Shown here piece by piece: positions 49,406-62,830 of a stretch of DNA of 64,000 nt. The translations under genes were made by a program, and so were the position numbers. Numbering within the stretch: the first letter of the stretch is position 1; each line of letters begins with the position of its first letter. The notes beneath the pieces are model-generated. The model saw nothing but the letters and a program-made list of their open reading frames with translations. It was not told where the DNA came from and ran no database searches. The stretch comes from Lama glama (Eukaryota), in assembly GCA_028534125.1 (NCBI GenBank), contig CM052816.1:2668001-2732000 (forward strand), given 5' to 3'.

Positions 49406-50779
49406 GCTTATATTATTTGGAGTCAAACTTATATTTAAGTGCCATCTACCACAGTTTCCAAAGTGCACAATATTTTTTTTAATTAAAAAAAATGATTAAG
49501 AGAACACAGTTCTTGCCTGGGAGAAGTTCACAGGATATAAGCATACATGATTTCCTGAAAGATATTTTTTAAATAACTGCTGTTTCTAATAACGGTGGAG
49601 TTAGCAGGATTAAACAAACAAAACAATCCTGGTTGGTGACAGCTTAGATATTAAATTGTGAAAATGGAAGGTAAATAATATTCTGTGTTATGATGTGTGG
49701 GAAATACAGATTTTGAAAACTCCTCATGAATATAAAGTCGTAAAAGGTTTGCTTTGATGGTAAGTAGGTGAAAGATTACTTAATGCATGTTTTCTGTGTT
49801 AATATCTTCTGACTTCACAATTTTCCAGACATAATTCTGCATGTATCCTGATGCAGGCAAAGAGATAATTATGGAGTAACTGCTTGCACTCAGTGTAAAT
49901 TAATCAAATGTAAATTAAATAAACTGTAAATAGCAGATACTCCTAAGCTGATACGGCAAGTGAATCACCTCCATTATAGACTCATTTTTGCAAAATTACA
50001 TCTAATCATAGTATTTTAAGATAGTGTTTGGCAAAACATCTCTAAATCTGTCAACAAAAGCAGCAATTACTTCTTTGCGGCTGAATACCTTTGCCAACAA
50101 ACACCCATCTGTCTGGAAAGATTTATGTATGGTTCTGCCTAGAGGCAGGGCTAAAATCTCAATGACCTCTGGGGATTTCTTTCACCTTTGTGCTCTGAGA
50201 GTCAATAAAAATTCATTTTAGAGTAATTTTACTGCGATCCTTAAAGAACTACAAACCTAAGATGTAATCAAGTCTGTTCCAAGAATTCCCAAAATAAATA
50301 TTCTTCTAGGTAATTATATAGCTTATTTTGCTTGATCAACATTTTAATCTTGCTTGTCAGTTGAGGCTTTAATGGAGTCCCAACTCCTTAATACAGTTTA
50401 TAGGACTCTGTGTGGCCTCCGTTGCAGTCAGCACCACTGTTCTTTATGCTTTGCTGAACTGATTTTCTCTATTTTTCAGACACTGCCTTCCAGACCTTGC
50501 CCCAAGCACTTCCTTCTGCCCAGGCCACACTTTCCCCCTATCTCACTCATCCCTTGTCGTGGTCAGCATGGCCACTTCCTTCAGGCCCTGGCTTAGGCTG
50601 GGACATCTGTGAGCCTCCTGTGCCTCCCCGACCCCATCACGGGCTAGGTGGCTATCTATGTGCACAGTCCCCTGGGCTTGCTTGTTCCTTTCTTAGTGCT
50701 CATAATCCACGTATTTTCTGTGTACTTGTCAGTCTCTTGAGGGTTAAGGACAGTAACTGTGTCATGTGCATTACAGTAA

Positions 50780-51625
50780 AAAGGACAGGAGGCCAGGTCA
50801 TAAAGGGATTTACATGTCTTGTGAAAAAGTTTAGTCTTTATCCGGAAGGGTATAAAGAGAAGCCACTGGAGACATCTGTCACGTTCCCACATGCCTTTTG
50901 GAGAGATGACTCAGGAAGCAATCAGAATGGACTTCTAGAGTACAGGAAACGGAGGGTGAGGGGTCTAGAGGCAGCAAGACCCCTCCGGAAGTGGTTATGG
51001 TGGTTCAGGTGAAAAAGAATGGAGGCTTGAACTACAGCCATGAATACTGCGCGTGGAGAGCAGTGCATGTTCTGAGAGACACTTAGGAGGCAGAAATCTA
51101 CACACCTGGTGACTATGTAGGACACTGAAAGACTACGAGAGAAAGAAATCGGGTGACTTCTGGGTTCCGGCTTGGTCAGCTAATCAAATAACGGTGCTAG
51201 TCATCTGAGACAAGATATAGGAAGAGGAGAAGCTGAAGCTGGGAGAAAAGGGTGATGAATTCCACTGCAGACATACTGATCTCAGGGAGCCTGGAAAGCG
51301 TATGTGTGCGTGTGTGTCTCTACTGTGGCAGATGGCACACACACGCAGAGTGAGAGACAAAGATCTGAATTAAGGAAGTCTAGACCGAAGATAAGATTTG
51401 AGAGTCATCAGATTATAAAGAGTATCGATAGTCTAAGTGTACAGATCACTCAAAGAGAATGCATATCCAAAAAATAGAGAAGAGCTTGGCAGAAGCTGGA
51501 ACAATATCAACATCTAAAGGGCAGGTAGAAGAGGGGCTCGTGAAGAAAACTGGTAAGGAGTGGCCAAAGAGGAAGATAAAATCAAGAAGAAGTGTAGTCA
51601 AATAAAGAAGAAAGTTCTAGAAGGC
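50780..51625 (-). mobile_element. LINE-2 internal fragment
   Basis: ggccaggtcataaagggattt...agtttagtctttatcc...gaagccactggag...ggcttgaactacagcc...gatttgagagtcatcag...caacatctaaagggcaggtagaagagg. Confidence 0.8.
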
Positions 51626-51649
51626 AGATGTGGTTAATCGGCAGTGATT

Positions 51650-52005
51650 ACCTAACAATCACAAAATCTCATGACAGTAATAAGCATTTATTAACCTGCT
51701 TACAGGTCTACAGGTCAGCAGTGCTGACTCTGCTCAGGCTGCAGGTCTCAGGTTGGCTAGGGTTGCTCTGCCCCACGTGTCTCTCATTCTTTTGGGACCA
51801 GCAAACTCCCTAAGGCACCATCTTCTCCCAGTGTTAGCAGAAGCCCAAGAGGAACCTTTTAAGTCCTAGTCTCAGACTGGCACTCTACCACTTCTGCCCA
51901 TGTGCCATTGGCCAAAGCAAGTCACGGGCATGGGCACTTCCCCAGCCATTCCAGCAGCTGGAGGAGTGGTCAGGGATAAGAATTGTGAGTATGGTCATAG
52001 CAATT
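51650..52005 (-). mobile_element. MaLR LTR (MLT1H/I-like)
   Basis: gttgctctgccccacgtgtctctcattcttttgggaccagc...ctggcactctaccacttctgcccatgtgccattggccaaagcaagtcac. Confidence 0.7.
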
Positions 52006-52214
52006 TTATAAGAGGCTTAATACTGCACTCAAGTTAAAACAGACACAAATGAAAATACTGTTCTGTGTTTTAAAACATACCTAGAGCCAAGCATCTCACT
52101 GGCCCACCCCTTTGGAAGACTCTAAGATATGAGGGTTAGCTAGTAGAAATCACACCCTCATAAGAAGCCAAGGTGCTTCCCAGGAGAAAAATCACAAGGT
52201 ATGGAATTGTTGGG

Positions 52215-52720
52215 TGTGTCCGCAAGTCAGGCTTTTTGGTATCAAGCAAAAGACTCACTCATGAAAAGGAGAGTTTATTCTAAGCATACATGTCAGGCAG
52301 AAATGGCCGTCAAGAATGGAGACGTATCTGGGGGCTGAACGCCTTCCTCAGTTTTCACATAGGTCTCATGGTCTCTCTCTCATATCATTTTAGCTCCTCT
52401 CTTTATTTCTGCACCAGTCTCCCCGTCTACCAACTAGATGTTTCTATTTGCTCACAGTTTCTCCTCCTAAATCCCTCCTGGCTAGCCATGACTCTAACTT
52501 GGAGCATTCTTCTGCCCCATTTTGAGCTGCCTTGGGCTAAGTTTCCCCATTCAAACTGCTAAGGGTGAGCTTCTGATTTGTTGAGCTCACTTCTTTCCCT
52601 AAGCTGTGCAGCTGGCCACCCATGAGTCAGGTAGCCATCCCCAATCTGACTCTCTGTGGCCTGCTGCAGGGAGGTACAAAGAGGAAGGAAGTTTCCCTTA
52701 GGAAGTGCTGCGGGGGTAGG
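52215..52720. mobile_element. Probable highly diverged MaLR/ERVL LTR fragment
   Basis: gtcaggctttttggtatcaagcaaaagactcactc...gagtttattc...tctgatttgttgagctcac...gagtcaggtagccatccccaatctgactctctgtggcc. Confidence 0.4.
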
Positions 52721-52936
52721 AAGATACCAGCTGAACTTTCTAGTACAAGGAGGTTCCCAGAAGATACGAACTAGAATTCAGATAAGATTTAGCAGAATGC
52801 CCAGCCTCCATTTGGAGACCATCCAGGCAGAAAGTTCTTCCTGAAGGAAGATGGACTAAAGATGCTATGACTCAACTCCAGATTACTGACCTATTACAAG
52901 TATAAAAGGAGATTTAGCATATTACATAACGAATGT

Positions 52937-53714
52937 CTCTCAGACATCTCTCGATCCAGCCTCATTTATAGGAACTTGTCCCAAGACCCTGGAGATAAGA
53001 GCTAAAGAAATAAACTGAATACAGAACTGGAATACTGGAAGAGATGTTAGAAAAACTAAAGCCATCTTGTTTGGAATACTTATCCAAGGAATGAGATGCT
53101 GGCAGGGAGAGGGTCCTCCTCCCACTTCACAGTGAGAGGAACGGCACAAAACAGGGGGGAGGGATAGAGGCCATGGCCATGCACGATGGCTGGTAAGACA
53201 CTAAGACAGCCAGGATGGCCATGGTTGTCCTTCTTACATTATCAAAGAGTAGACGCAAGCACCTGGGACAATAAGNNNNNNNNNNNNNNNNNNNNNNNNN
53301 NNNNNNNNNNNNNNNNNNNNNNNNNNNNNNNNNNNNNNNNNNNNNNNNNNNNNNNNNNNNNNNNNNNNNNNNNNNCTCTCAGACATCTCTCGATCCAGCC
53401 TCATTTATAGGAACTTGTCCCAAGACCCTGGAGATAAGAGCTAAAGAAATAAACTGAATACAGAACTGGAATACTGGAAGAGATGTTAGAAAAACTAAAG
53501 CCATCTTGTTTGGAATACTTATCCAAGGAATGAGATGCTGGCAGGGAGAGGGTCCTCCTCCCACTTCACAGTGAAAGGAACGGCACAAAACAGGGGGGAG
53601 GGATAGAGGCCATGGCCATGTACGATGGCTGGTAAGACACTAAGACAGCCAGGATGGCCATGGTTGTCCTTCTTACATTATCAAAGAGTAGACGCAAGCA
53701 CCTGGGACAATAAG
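52937..53714. repeat. 339-bp direct duplication exactly flanking a gap (52937-53275 and 53376-53714)
   Basis: The copies are identical except G53136/A53575 and C53182/T53621. Confidence 0.95.
53276..53375. other. Assembly gap (100 N)
   Basis: Run of N. Confidence 1.
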
Positions 53715-55663
53715 CCAAGAGTTTCTGGTTACATCATGGCATTCCCAAAGGACATCATTTGATGCCCTCTGAATTCCATTTCACAGCTTTGATTTCTGTT
53801 CGGGCACGCAGAGAGTAGAATACTGCCTGGTGGTACAGCGGTCACTGCTCTTTCTATGGAGTTGGTGGCGCATGCATCTTTAGTAAGCCCTGGGGCAGAT
53901 TTGATTCTCACTTTCCCAAGTAGTTACCCAATGAGCACTGAGAGTTTGTGTTCCAAATACAGTCTGTGCCCCACTACCAGCCAAGGAAGTCTCTAAGTAC
54001 CCAGTTTTTTTTTTTTTAACTGGGCATCTACTCTGTGCTTCGAACTGGGTCAGATCTGAGGAGAACAATATTGCTGGAGATACAGAACACACGAGAAGCA
54101 GTTAAAGATCAATAGAGAACAGCATATGGTTAAGTATCACACAAGAGAGTACAAATGACAGTTCAAAAAAGGGAAGGTTAAATTAGCTAGAATCATGATA
54201 ATGAGGTCAGGGATAAAGAGAGGATTAAATCTGAGCTAGCCCCAGTGAACCAGCTTATGGCTTATTATGGCCATTAAAAATCCTCCAACGTACTTTCCCT
54301 GTCTCTCATCCTCAAAAACAAGCTATATAATAATAAAAATGTATAAATAATGGCTTACTTTAATTTTTTAAATAAACATTTGACACACCTGTTACTTTTA
54401 AAAGGGGAAAAAGGTGTTAGCAAATCAAACCATTAGGTGTCACAAATCCAAGAAGGTTGGAAATCACCACATTCAAGTCCCCCTTGGGTTTGGAGAGATT
54501 TATGCTTCTTAAGGGTGTCCAGACATTAGCAGCTCAAACCCCCACACTGTATCCTGGCTTCATTTAAAGGACCCGTAGGTCAGACCAAAACACAACAGTG
54601 CTTTATATGCCAATTTTTCTTGACTCTCTGTAGGTCAGGGGAAGTTAAGCTCATGTAATTAGGGGATAAAGACAGAGGCTGGGAGTGGGGGATGGAAGCA
54701 TGATGAACGTTCCAGAGTTTAAAGGCTCAGTAGGAAGCCAGAGGAAAAGTCGATAAAGTCATGACTTTATGAAACATATGTTTTCCATGGTAGAGCAAAC
54801 GTATTTGCCATTACCGCAGAGAATCTCTCTGCAGCTTGGCACTCTCACCAGCTGTGGGGCAAGGACACCTGAAATTCACGATGATGAGTGTGAGGACAGT
54901 GGTACCCTGAGCTGCCTTCTCACTCATCAAATACCAGTTCAGTTACATTCAGTTTAACATCAGCACTAAACACATTTCGTTGCATTAACTTTAAGTCACA
55001 GTTGATAATCCAGGTGATATTTTAGGATAATTCTCTTAAGTAAAATATTTGATTGACTGAACTATACCTAAATGATAACAAAGAACAAAGTTTCCTATAA
55101 ATGACATGGCTGGGCTCAAAAATGCAATGTCAACAAGTAACCCTGAGAAGAGACGGGGAAGCAACGACCAGTAGCAGTAAAAGCAAAGCGGTGGAAGTTA
55201 AGAACAGCCATGCTGAGAAAACAAACGGAGAGAAGCCCTAAATCCTCCGGACAAACATACAGAAGAGACTCTCAGACTGTCCTGGTGACAAACGTCAATG
55301 CTCTTATTAATGACTAGACCCCAGAATTCGTCTCCACATCTCCAACTGTGCTATGAACAAACTAATGAAGCCCATCGCTCCTTCAGACGGGAAACCCAGG
55401 TTAATGGACCCAGCGAGCATCTTCTGAAAATTAGGTATCACACTGATGATCGCTCACAGTGCGTTCTACCACAAGTCACCAGCAACCATTATCAGCAGTA
55501 TTCTTATGACCACATTAAATCCCATGTGACGGTCAAACACACATGAAACAAAACAAAAAAGGGTTTGTCCAGTAGGAATTTTTGTCACCTATCACCCTAC
55601 AAAGGGGAGTATTTTTTTACGTCCATAACTTTTTTCAGTCTTTATTCATTATCTATAATCTAG

Positions 55664-55775
55664 CCATCCTTCCTTCCATCCATCCAACAGACCTACCTTC
55701 CTTCCTTCCTCTTTCCTCTTTCCCACCTTCCCCCCTTCTCCTTTCCTCCTTTTCTCCTTTCCTTCTTCCTTCCAT
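55664..55775. repeat. (CCTT/CCAT)-rich polypyrimidine tract at an L2 tail
   Basis: ccatccttccttccatccatcc...ccttccttccttcctctttcctctttccc, read directly. Confidence 0.85.
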
Positions 55776-56520
55776 CCAAAAATGTGTACTGAGCATCTGC
55801 TAAATGCCAGACACTATTTGGGAAGACGGTCGTGTACAAGACACATAAGGTCCTTACTCCACTGCAGTTTAGAGAGGGAAGGCAGACCAGAAAACAAGAA
55901 ACAAGTAAACAAATACATAAAGAAAATTTCAGATAATTCTTGGAGCTATGCAGGAAAGAAAACAAAGTAATGGGAGAGAGTGCAGATGCTTTAGAGAAGG
56001 TGGTGGGGAAGGCCCCCGTCTGAGCGAGAAGTGACATTTGAGCTAACACTTGAATGTGGAGAAAGATCAGCTATAACCCGGGGTTTCTCAGCCTCAGCAA
56101 TGGTGACATCTTGGACGGGATCATTTTTTGCTGTGGGGGATCATCCCGTGCATTGCACGGTGGTCAGCAGCACCCCTGGCCTCTGCTCAGTAGGTACCAG
56201 TAACAACCCTACCTCCAAGTCAGAACAATCAAGATGGTTTCCAGACATTGCCCAGTATCCCCTGGGGAACAAAGTCACCCTTGTTCAAGAACCCCTGGAC
56301 TTTGTGAAGAGCTGGGGGAAGTTATTCCGAGAAAAGGACCAGCACAGATAAACCCTACGATGGGAATGAGCTTGATGTATTACAGGAAGAAGAAAGATGG
56401 CCAGTGTAGACGGAGTACAATGAGCCAAGTTTAGAAAAAAGCAAGATGAAGCTGGGAGGACTCCAGTTCACAAAGGACCTGAAAGGCCATGGAGGGTTGG
56501 CACTTAAGTCATGAAAACAC
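55776..56520 (-). mobile_element. LINE-2 3' fragment interrupted by MER20
   Basis: tactgagcatctgctaaatgccagacacta...gaaggcccccgtctgagcgagaagtgacatttgagct; resumes at gtgaagagctgggggaagttattcc. Confidence 0.8.
56079..56297 (+). mobile_element. MER20 hAT-Charlie DNA transposon, apparently full length (~219 bp)
   Basis: ggtttctcagcctcagcaatggtgacatcttggacgggatcatttttt gctgtggggg...gtgcattgc...cagcagcacccctggcctct...tccagacattgccc...aagaacccctg. Confidence 0.9.
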
Positions 56521-57469
56521 ATTCTTGATGGGGAAGCTGTTACTCCAGTGGAGTAAAGAATAAACACGTGAACCCAAATTAGAGAACTGTCTCTGCTTTG
56601 GTAACCTTGAGCTAATGTTCTACAGTTTGAGGATTCACCCTGCACCTGAATGAACATACCTACAGCAACATTAGAGAAGAACCACCTAGGTACCTATTTT
56701 ATCTCCATTCTGGTAATTGTATCCTCAGTAGGTTATTGTATTTCATATATTTCCCTTCATAAATATGCTACAACTCATCCTTAAAAAGCTTTGCACTGAA
56801 CATCACGAGTATCAAGCAAGAAGCACTTAATTTATCACCCACCGTGGGTTTGGACGGGACCAGGATCGTCAACGGTAAATAAATCCTACGTCACATTCGA
56901 TTTGTTTTCAGTTTACATGTTAGCTTATCAGAGGTTAGCAAAAATAATAATAATAATAATAGGCCTCAAATTGCCAGCACAGGAACAGCTTTTGGAAAGT
57001 TTGTTCTGATACAGGAACAAATAGATTCTTCTCTTTCTTTTTTCCCCAAAAGAGAGGTAAACGATGATAACCCCTCTTGAACACTGAAATAGACACAACT
57101 TAACATGGGGAATAAAACAGAATTTCTCAGCTGGGTCACATCTGAAGAAAGCAGTCTTGAAAGCTGGAAGACTGACTCTTCAACAGCTTACAAATTTCAA
57201 CAACATGAATTTTCCCTTCAAAAATTACTCAAGCAGGATTAATTGAGCTGCAAGCTAAGAAACTGACTGTATGTCAAATATAACAATAAAAACAGAGTTT
57301 GGAGCAATTTGGAAATGGTCTGGTGGATATAGACCTCAGGTCAAAAAGCACACACACACACAAAAAGCAAGGAGATTTTGCAAATAAGCAGTATTGACAA
57401 AGTGAAGGGGACTGCAAAACACCTGTGTCCTCCTTTCAGCTCAGTTATCAAAAAGCTGCAGGATGCAGT

Positions 57470-57665
57470 GCAAAGAGTTCAGGGCAAGGAAGTGGAGTTT
57501 CTAACTTGATGCCAGTAAGTAACTGTCTGACTTTGGCAAATCTCCATGCTCTGCCTCAGTTTCCTTACCTGCCTAATAGGTGTAATAGTAGTAAGTGTAT
57601 TAACTCACAGAAGGGGTCAAATAACATAAGTTACAAAGGTGCAATAAATTGCACACGAAAGGTAA
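57470..57665 (+). mobile_element. MIR fragment
   Basis: taactgtctgactttggcaaatctccatgctctgcctcagtttccttacctgcctaatagg. Confidence 0.7.
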
Positions 57666-57944
57666 AACTTTATAAATATGTAAAGAATGATGTTCACCAC
57701 ATCACTCCAAGGCCTGGGGGTTTTACCCTAGGAATGATCTTTCTTGAATGCAAAGAAGAAATTCCGGTATAAAGTTCCAGTTCAAATGGTCCACATAATC
57801 CACAGGTCCAGATGAGCGGTGGAGAATTCTCGGGTCACTTCCCTCGCATAGACACTGAGATACAACAGAAAGGTGACTTTTCTAGGCCTGTCCTCAACAG
57901 TCAACCTCATTGATCCACATGCACCCTCTCCCTAAGGAGGATTA

Positions 57945-58400
57945 AATTCATTCATCCTTCGTTGATAAATAGACTGACAATTCATCAAACCGTTACTGAG
58001 CACTCACTCTGCGTAGGAACAGCGCTAGGCCCTGGGATACGGAGACTAAAGCTAGGTCCTTGACCTAGAGTTCACCCTGTGGTTGACAAACAGAAGAGGG
58101 AGATCCTATCACTTACTGAACCCAGGACTAGGCCGGGTGCTTTCTATATAGTCTTTACACATTTTATGGACACTCTGGAGATGACAAAATGAAAAACGGA
58201 ATGTTTCTTGAAATTCCTCCTAAAATCACAAAGCTTCTGATTAGGGGGCAGCATATGAGCCCATGCTTTGATCTATGCACATTACTTATGTATTGAGCAC
58301 CGACTACGTGCCTGGCGCAATGCCAGGCAATGGGGAGCCAGCAGAAAATTCTCTCTTCTTGTGGTGTTTACGTAACTGGGAAGGGAGATAGATAAAAAGC
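57945..58400 (-). mobile_element. Two short LINE-2 3'-end fragments (~57945-58100 and ~58285-58400)
   Basis: ttactgagcactcactctgcgtaggaacagcgctaggccctgggatacggagac; tattgagcaccgactacgtgcctggcgcaatgccaggc. Confidence 0.65.
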
Positions 58401-61400
58401 AACAGACTCAAAGTCTACCTGATCGAAAACCCAAGACCCTTTCACATGCTGCCTTCCCGAGTCATCAGTTTGAGGCAACAAAAAAACAAGAGGGAAAAAG
58501 CAGACACACACAACCCAATCTCAATGTCCCCAGTTATCTGGAAATCCAGGGAGCATAAAGCCAGATGAGAGTCCGCCAGACACTCAAACGTCCTCCTCCC
58601 AAATCGAAACGGAAAATGTTTGCGTTTGGGTTGGGCGCCTGTAAGCCCAACGGCAGGCGGCTCACGGACCACCAGCAGCACAAGGACAACCCCCGTGGGG
58701 ACACAAACGTGAAACCCAGCTCTCCACCAGAAGGCCTGAGGTTTACAGGAATTAAAAGGCCTGGGTGCCTGGCTCCTGGAGACGGCGAGACAGGAGGAAA
58801 GCATACGCCTGCCCACCTGGCAGCAGCTCTCCCTGGCCTGGAATGAACACGTCTGTACCGGCCAAGGGAAGCTGGCAGCCGCAGTGGCCTCGGATGGAGA
58901 GAAGCCACCGCCGCAGGCCAGCACCAGCACGGGGCTTCCCTACAGGCGGCTCCTGCTGAAACAAAGAGGGACGGAGGGAAGAGCCGTGCATGTCCAGCCT
59001 CCAGGCCCATATCTAGAATCAAGGGCAGTGCTCCGCTAATGGAACTACGGATCTGCTCCAGGACCTTCGGCACCGTGTCAGGGATGCAATCTGAGTTATT
59101 TCCTGATGACTCTTCCCTACATAATGGATTGGAGTTATAAAGGAATGTATGCCCTCAGGACCAAATTACCCAGATAATTGAAGATACAATGGGGGGGGGG
59201 AAGGAGAGAAAAAGGCCTCAATTACACAATTTCTCCTGCACTCTGTGTGAGTTCAACATTTGAATTCACCACGGCATTTAATTTTTTATATCACTTTCTA
59301 TCCACACACTGCCCTGATTTGGATACTTGAATTCTATTGCTCTCTCTAGTACAGTGAACCTGCATCAAGGCCTAATTTAACGTAGGCTTGCAGGCTTCAG
59401 AGCCTAAATTCACCCAAGATGAAACTGCACTTCCTGGCTTAAGCTTCACAGTCCCAAATAAGTCTATAACCCTGCATTAAGGTTAGAAAGACTTAATACT
59501 AAAACAGGTCGACAAAAGCCTGTAGGCTGCCAGGTCCACTTTGGGAACTCCGACCCATCCCCCAGTCATCACTAAGAGTTTGACGGTGATTTTACAGACA
59601 GGATGAATTCCTAGGAGCCGCACACCTCCTCCGTTCCTGGTCCTTTTGGCAGTGGTTCTCACACTCGAAGGTAAGCAAAAATTACTTGCAGCGATGTAGG
59701 CACAAAAGTAGTAACACCATCCTGCGTAAATGCATTAAAAGATTTTCAAAGTGAATTTTGTCACCTCTGTGCTGCCTTGACATCCCAAGCCCAGGGAAAC
59801 TGAGCCCCCAAGTACACTGGTTGTAGGCCTGCCTTTACAATTAGACAATGTGGCAAGTGCAAAATCTTGCTCCACTCCACACGCAGTGGGAGAAATTTGT
59901 GAAATGTGAGTGCCTAAAAAAATCCCATAAAATACTCCTTTATCCACATGCTCTCTAGCAATGAGGTTCCTTTCATTGCTCTAGGTCGTGGAGAAAGGGA
60001 CACAGAGAAGCTAACTTAAGAAAGTTTCCGACGATTTAGTCAAGATTAACTGAGAGACTTAGAAATCTTCACTACAGATTTGTTATTTACTTGGGCACAT
60101 TTTACTGTATTTAAGAGCCTTATTTTGTCAATATTTGCAGAGCTGGATGGACAAATGAATAAAAGTCAAAGGCCCTAAAATACGACTGTTGTCTTGAAGC
60201 TCCAGTGTCAGGGCTAGAACAGATGGTGGCATACATTACTAAATTTGGTAAATTATGCATCGAATTTGCAAGGCACCCAACACTGGCCAGCTCAAGTCAA
60301 GTCCCCCGTGAAGCACCAGCGCTCGGGGGTGGTGAGTAGTCTGTGAACAGGTGTTAAACCACTTATTCAAGCACTCCTACAAATGGCCTAAAAGATTTTC
60401 CCAGCATCCTCCTGTTCTCTATGAGTCACTGTGGGAATAGCCGTGAGGTTTGGAGTTGAGTTATAACCATTCAGTGAAGCATTTCCCTCCAGACTGTACA
60501 AAGGAAAGGGGCTATGTTAGTAAATTTATTGACTATTTCATTAGATCAATATGGAATATGATTTAAAAGGCTCTGCCCAGGCTCTTTAAATCTATTTAAT
60601 CAAACCAATTAATGAAAAAAGTAAGAAGCTGAAGCATATCCTGTAAGGAGCATCATAAATATATTCCCTTACTTGGGCTTTTGATCTCACCCAGGTAATT
60701 AACAGCTTTAGTTAAGTTCAGCCATTCCTTCATGCCTGGCCACGGTCATAAAAACCCCCAGGCTACGTGTAGCTCTTGGATTTATTATGTTTTTCTTACT
60801 GCAAAAACGTCTCTCACATTCTGCGTTCTCCCCCCTTGAGAAAGTTTATGTAGCCATTGCTTTTGCAGCTGTCATGAGGGCTATGCTGGCTGGTGAGCTC
60901 GGTACTGCTTGAGAGGCTGGACGCTCTCAGCTGCTGGTGTCCAATTCCAAAGCCTCTTCACTCTCATCTGACTGTCAATGGGAGACAAAAATACCCTGAA
61001 AGCCTGACTTTCAAAGCTATTTGCTCCCATGCTCTGTCTTTTCTCAGCTACTTTTCAAGAATGAAATGGCCTCCTCTGTCACACAGAATATGGCTTGTAT
61101 TAAGGGATTTGGGGGTGGTCCCCCTCCTTGGAAGCACTGAAGATCAACCGTTCTAATCAGCTGCTCAGTGACCCCACTCCCATTAATCCTCCTTCAAGCT
61201 CTTCTCCTACCAGTTCCCCAGACCCAGTGTTCCTAGCTGCGAAGCTTTGAGATGCCGAGGCAAGCCAACACACCACCCGGAGATGGAAGATGAAGTCAGG
61301 GGGCCCAGATTCAGTGTCAGCCTGGTCTATGAGGCTGAGCTTGTAGCGTCATTCTGCTTCACAGGCAGAGGAACCTCTGTTCAGAAGGGCAGCAAATGCT

Positions 61401-61774
61401 TCCCCCAGAGCTCTCCTCTACCTGCATTCGAGGAGCAGCTTGGTAAGTACCATTACCCAGATAACAGCTCTAGGGTCCTTCTGTAGCTGAAAGCAAGGTC
61501 TGAGAAAATATGTCATTTAGCTATAAAACTCAAACTGCGTGTCAACAGTCAACCTTCTTAAATAAGCCACAATTCTTTGTGCAAAAACATGGAGAGATGG
61601 GACTCTCTTGATATGACCAGTTTTCCATGGGCAATCAACTTTTGTTCCCATGCACCAAGAACTGGGAAGGCTCAAAAGATTCCACGGAGGGGCTGAAATC
61701 AAAGCAATCACTTTCCTAGTTTAAGATCAGTGGCAGCCTATTTCACTTTTGCCTCCCTCTACTTAACTTTGGTC

Positions 61775-62100
61775 CAGTTCAGTAAGTATTTATTGAATAT
61801 CTACCATCCTAGACACTGTCAGAAAAGGCACAAAAGAAATACAAAACACATAGCGAGCACAAGGACTTTTATCCTTGTAGGATGTAAAAGCAGGCTGACA
61901 CATAAAATACTCATGTTTAAAACCATCTTCCCCATAACCAGCCTTACAAATGCCTGTTCACACCAGCTCTCAGCCGTCATTCACTCATCATTTATTGACC
62001 ATCTACCAGGCTACGAATGGTGTGTATATGATAAAGAGATAAGGGAGGAATCAATCTCTACAGGTTTACTGTGGAATAAAGGAGATATCCTTACAAATAA
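61775..62100 (-). mobile_element. Short LINE-2 3'-end fragments (~61775-61900 and ~61978-62100)
   Basis: ttcagtaagtatttattgaatatctaccatcctagacactg; cattcactcatcatttattgaccatctaccagg. Confidence 0.55.
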
Positions 62101-62639
62101 TTTCATGGCTCTTCATACTGTAACATTTACATGAATAAAACCCAAGAGTTTAATTCAAAGCCCCGTATCATTTTAACACAGTCTAAACTGCCAATACCAC
62201 TGTAACGCTGAAACCCGACCAATTTATTTACAATAGGTAAAGGTCTATTTGGTTTAAGTAAACATCTGCTTTAGAAAACATATTTAATAAAATAATAGTT
62301 AAAAATACGTAGTAACTCAAATTACTATTGACAGAATGTTTAGCAGAGGGTACACCTGGATAATTAGAAATAATATGTGATTTCTGTGTCTCTTGAAGCA
62401 GGGTTTCTAAGACACCTGAGAGGCCTTGAAAACTGTTCTGAGCTGATTAAGTATTGCAATCATGTTACACTGCTGCCTTAAATAGCAAATGTTTTCAAGG
62501 AAATCGTCCTTTCTAGACTAACGTTAATTTATGAAGATACAACCTCATCCAACACCGTAATGAACTTTAGCTCCGCCTCTATTTAAATAAGCACTAATAC
62601 TGACTAGAAGAAATAATCATCACTATTATGTCTAGAACT

Positions 62640-62830
62640 TTGGAGCCCTGGCCAAACGGCTCAGCTGTTGGGCTGACCGCTGTACGTGCATTATCTAACT
62701 GATGGTCACAACAACCCTGTAAGGTAGGTTTTTTTTATCAGCTCTGTTTTATAGACAAAAACACTGAAACCCAAGGTCCCGTAACTAATGAACACTGTCT
62801 GAATTCAGAGCTCATGTTTTTAAGTGAATC
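62640..62830 (-). mobile_element. MIR fragment
   Basis: tcacaacaaccctgtaaggtagg...tgttttatagacaaaaacactgaaacccaaggtc. Confidence 0.7.

Noticed and set aside
54200..54470. Possible hAT remnant ending ...aagaaggttggaaatcaccac
   Set aside because: Only one weak TIR-like end; family and boundaries cannot be supported.
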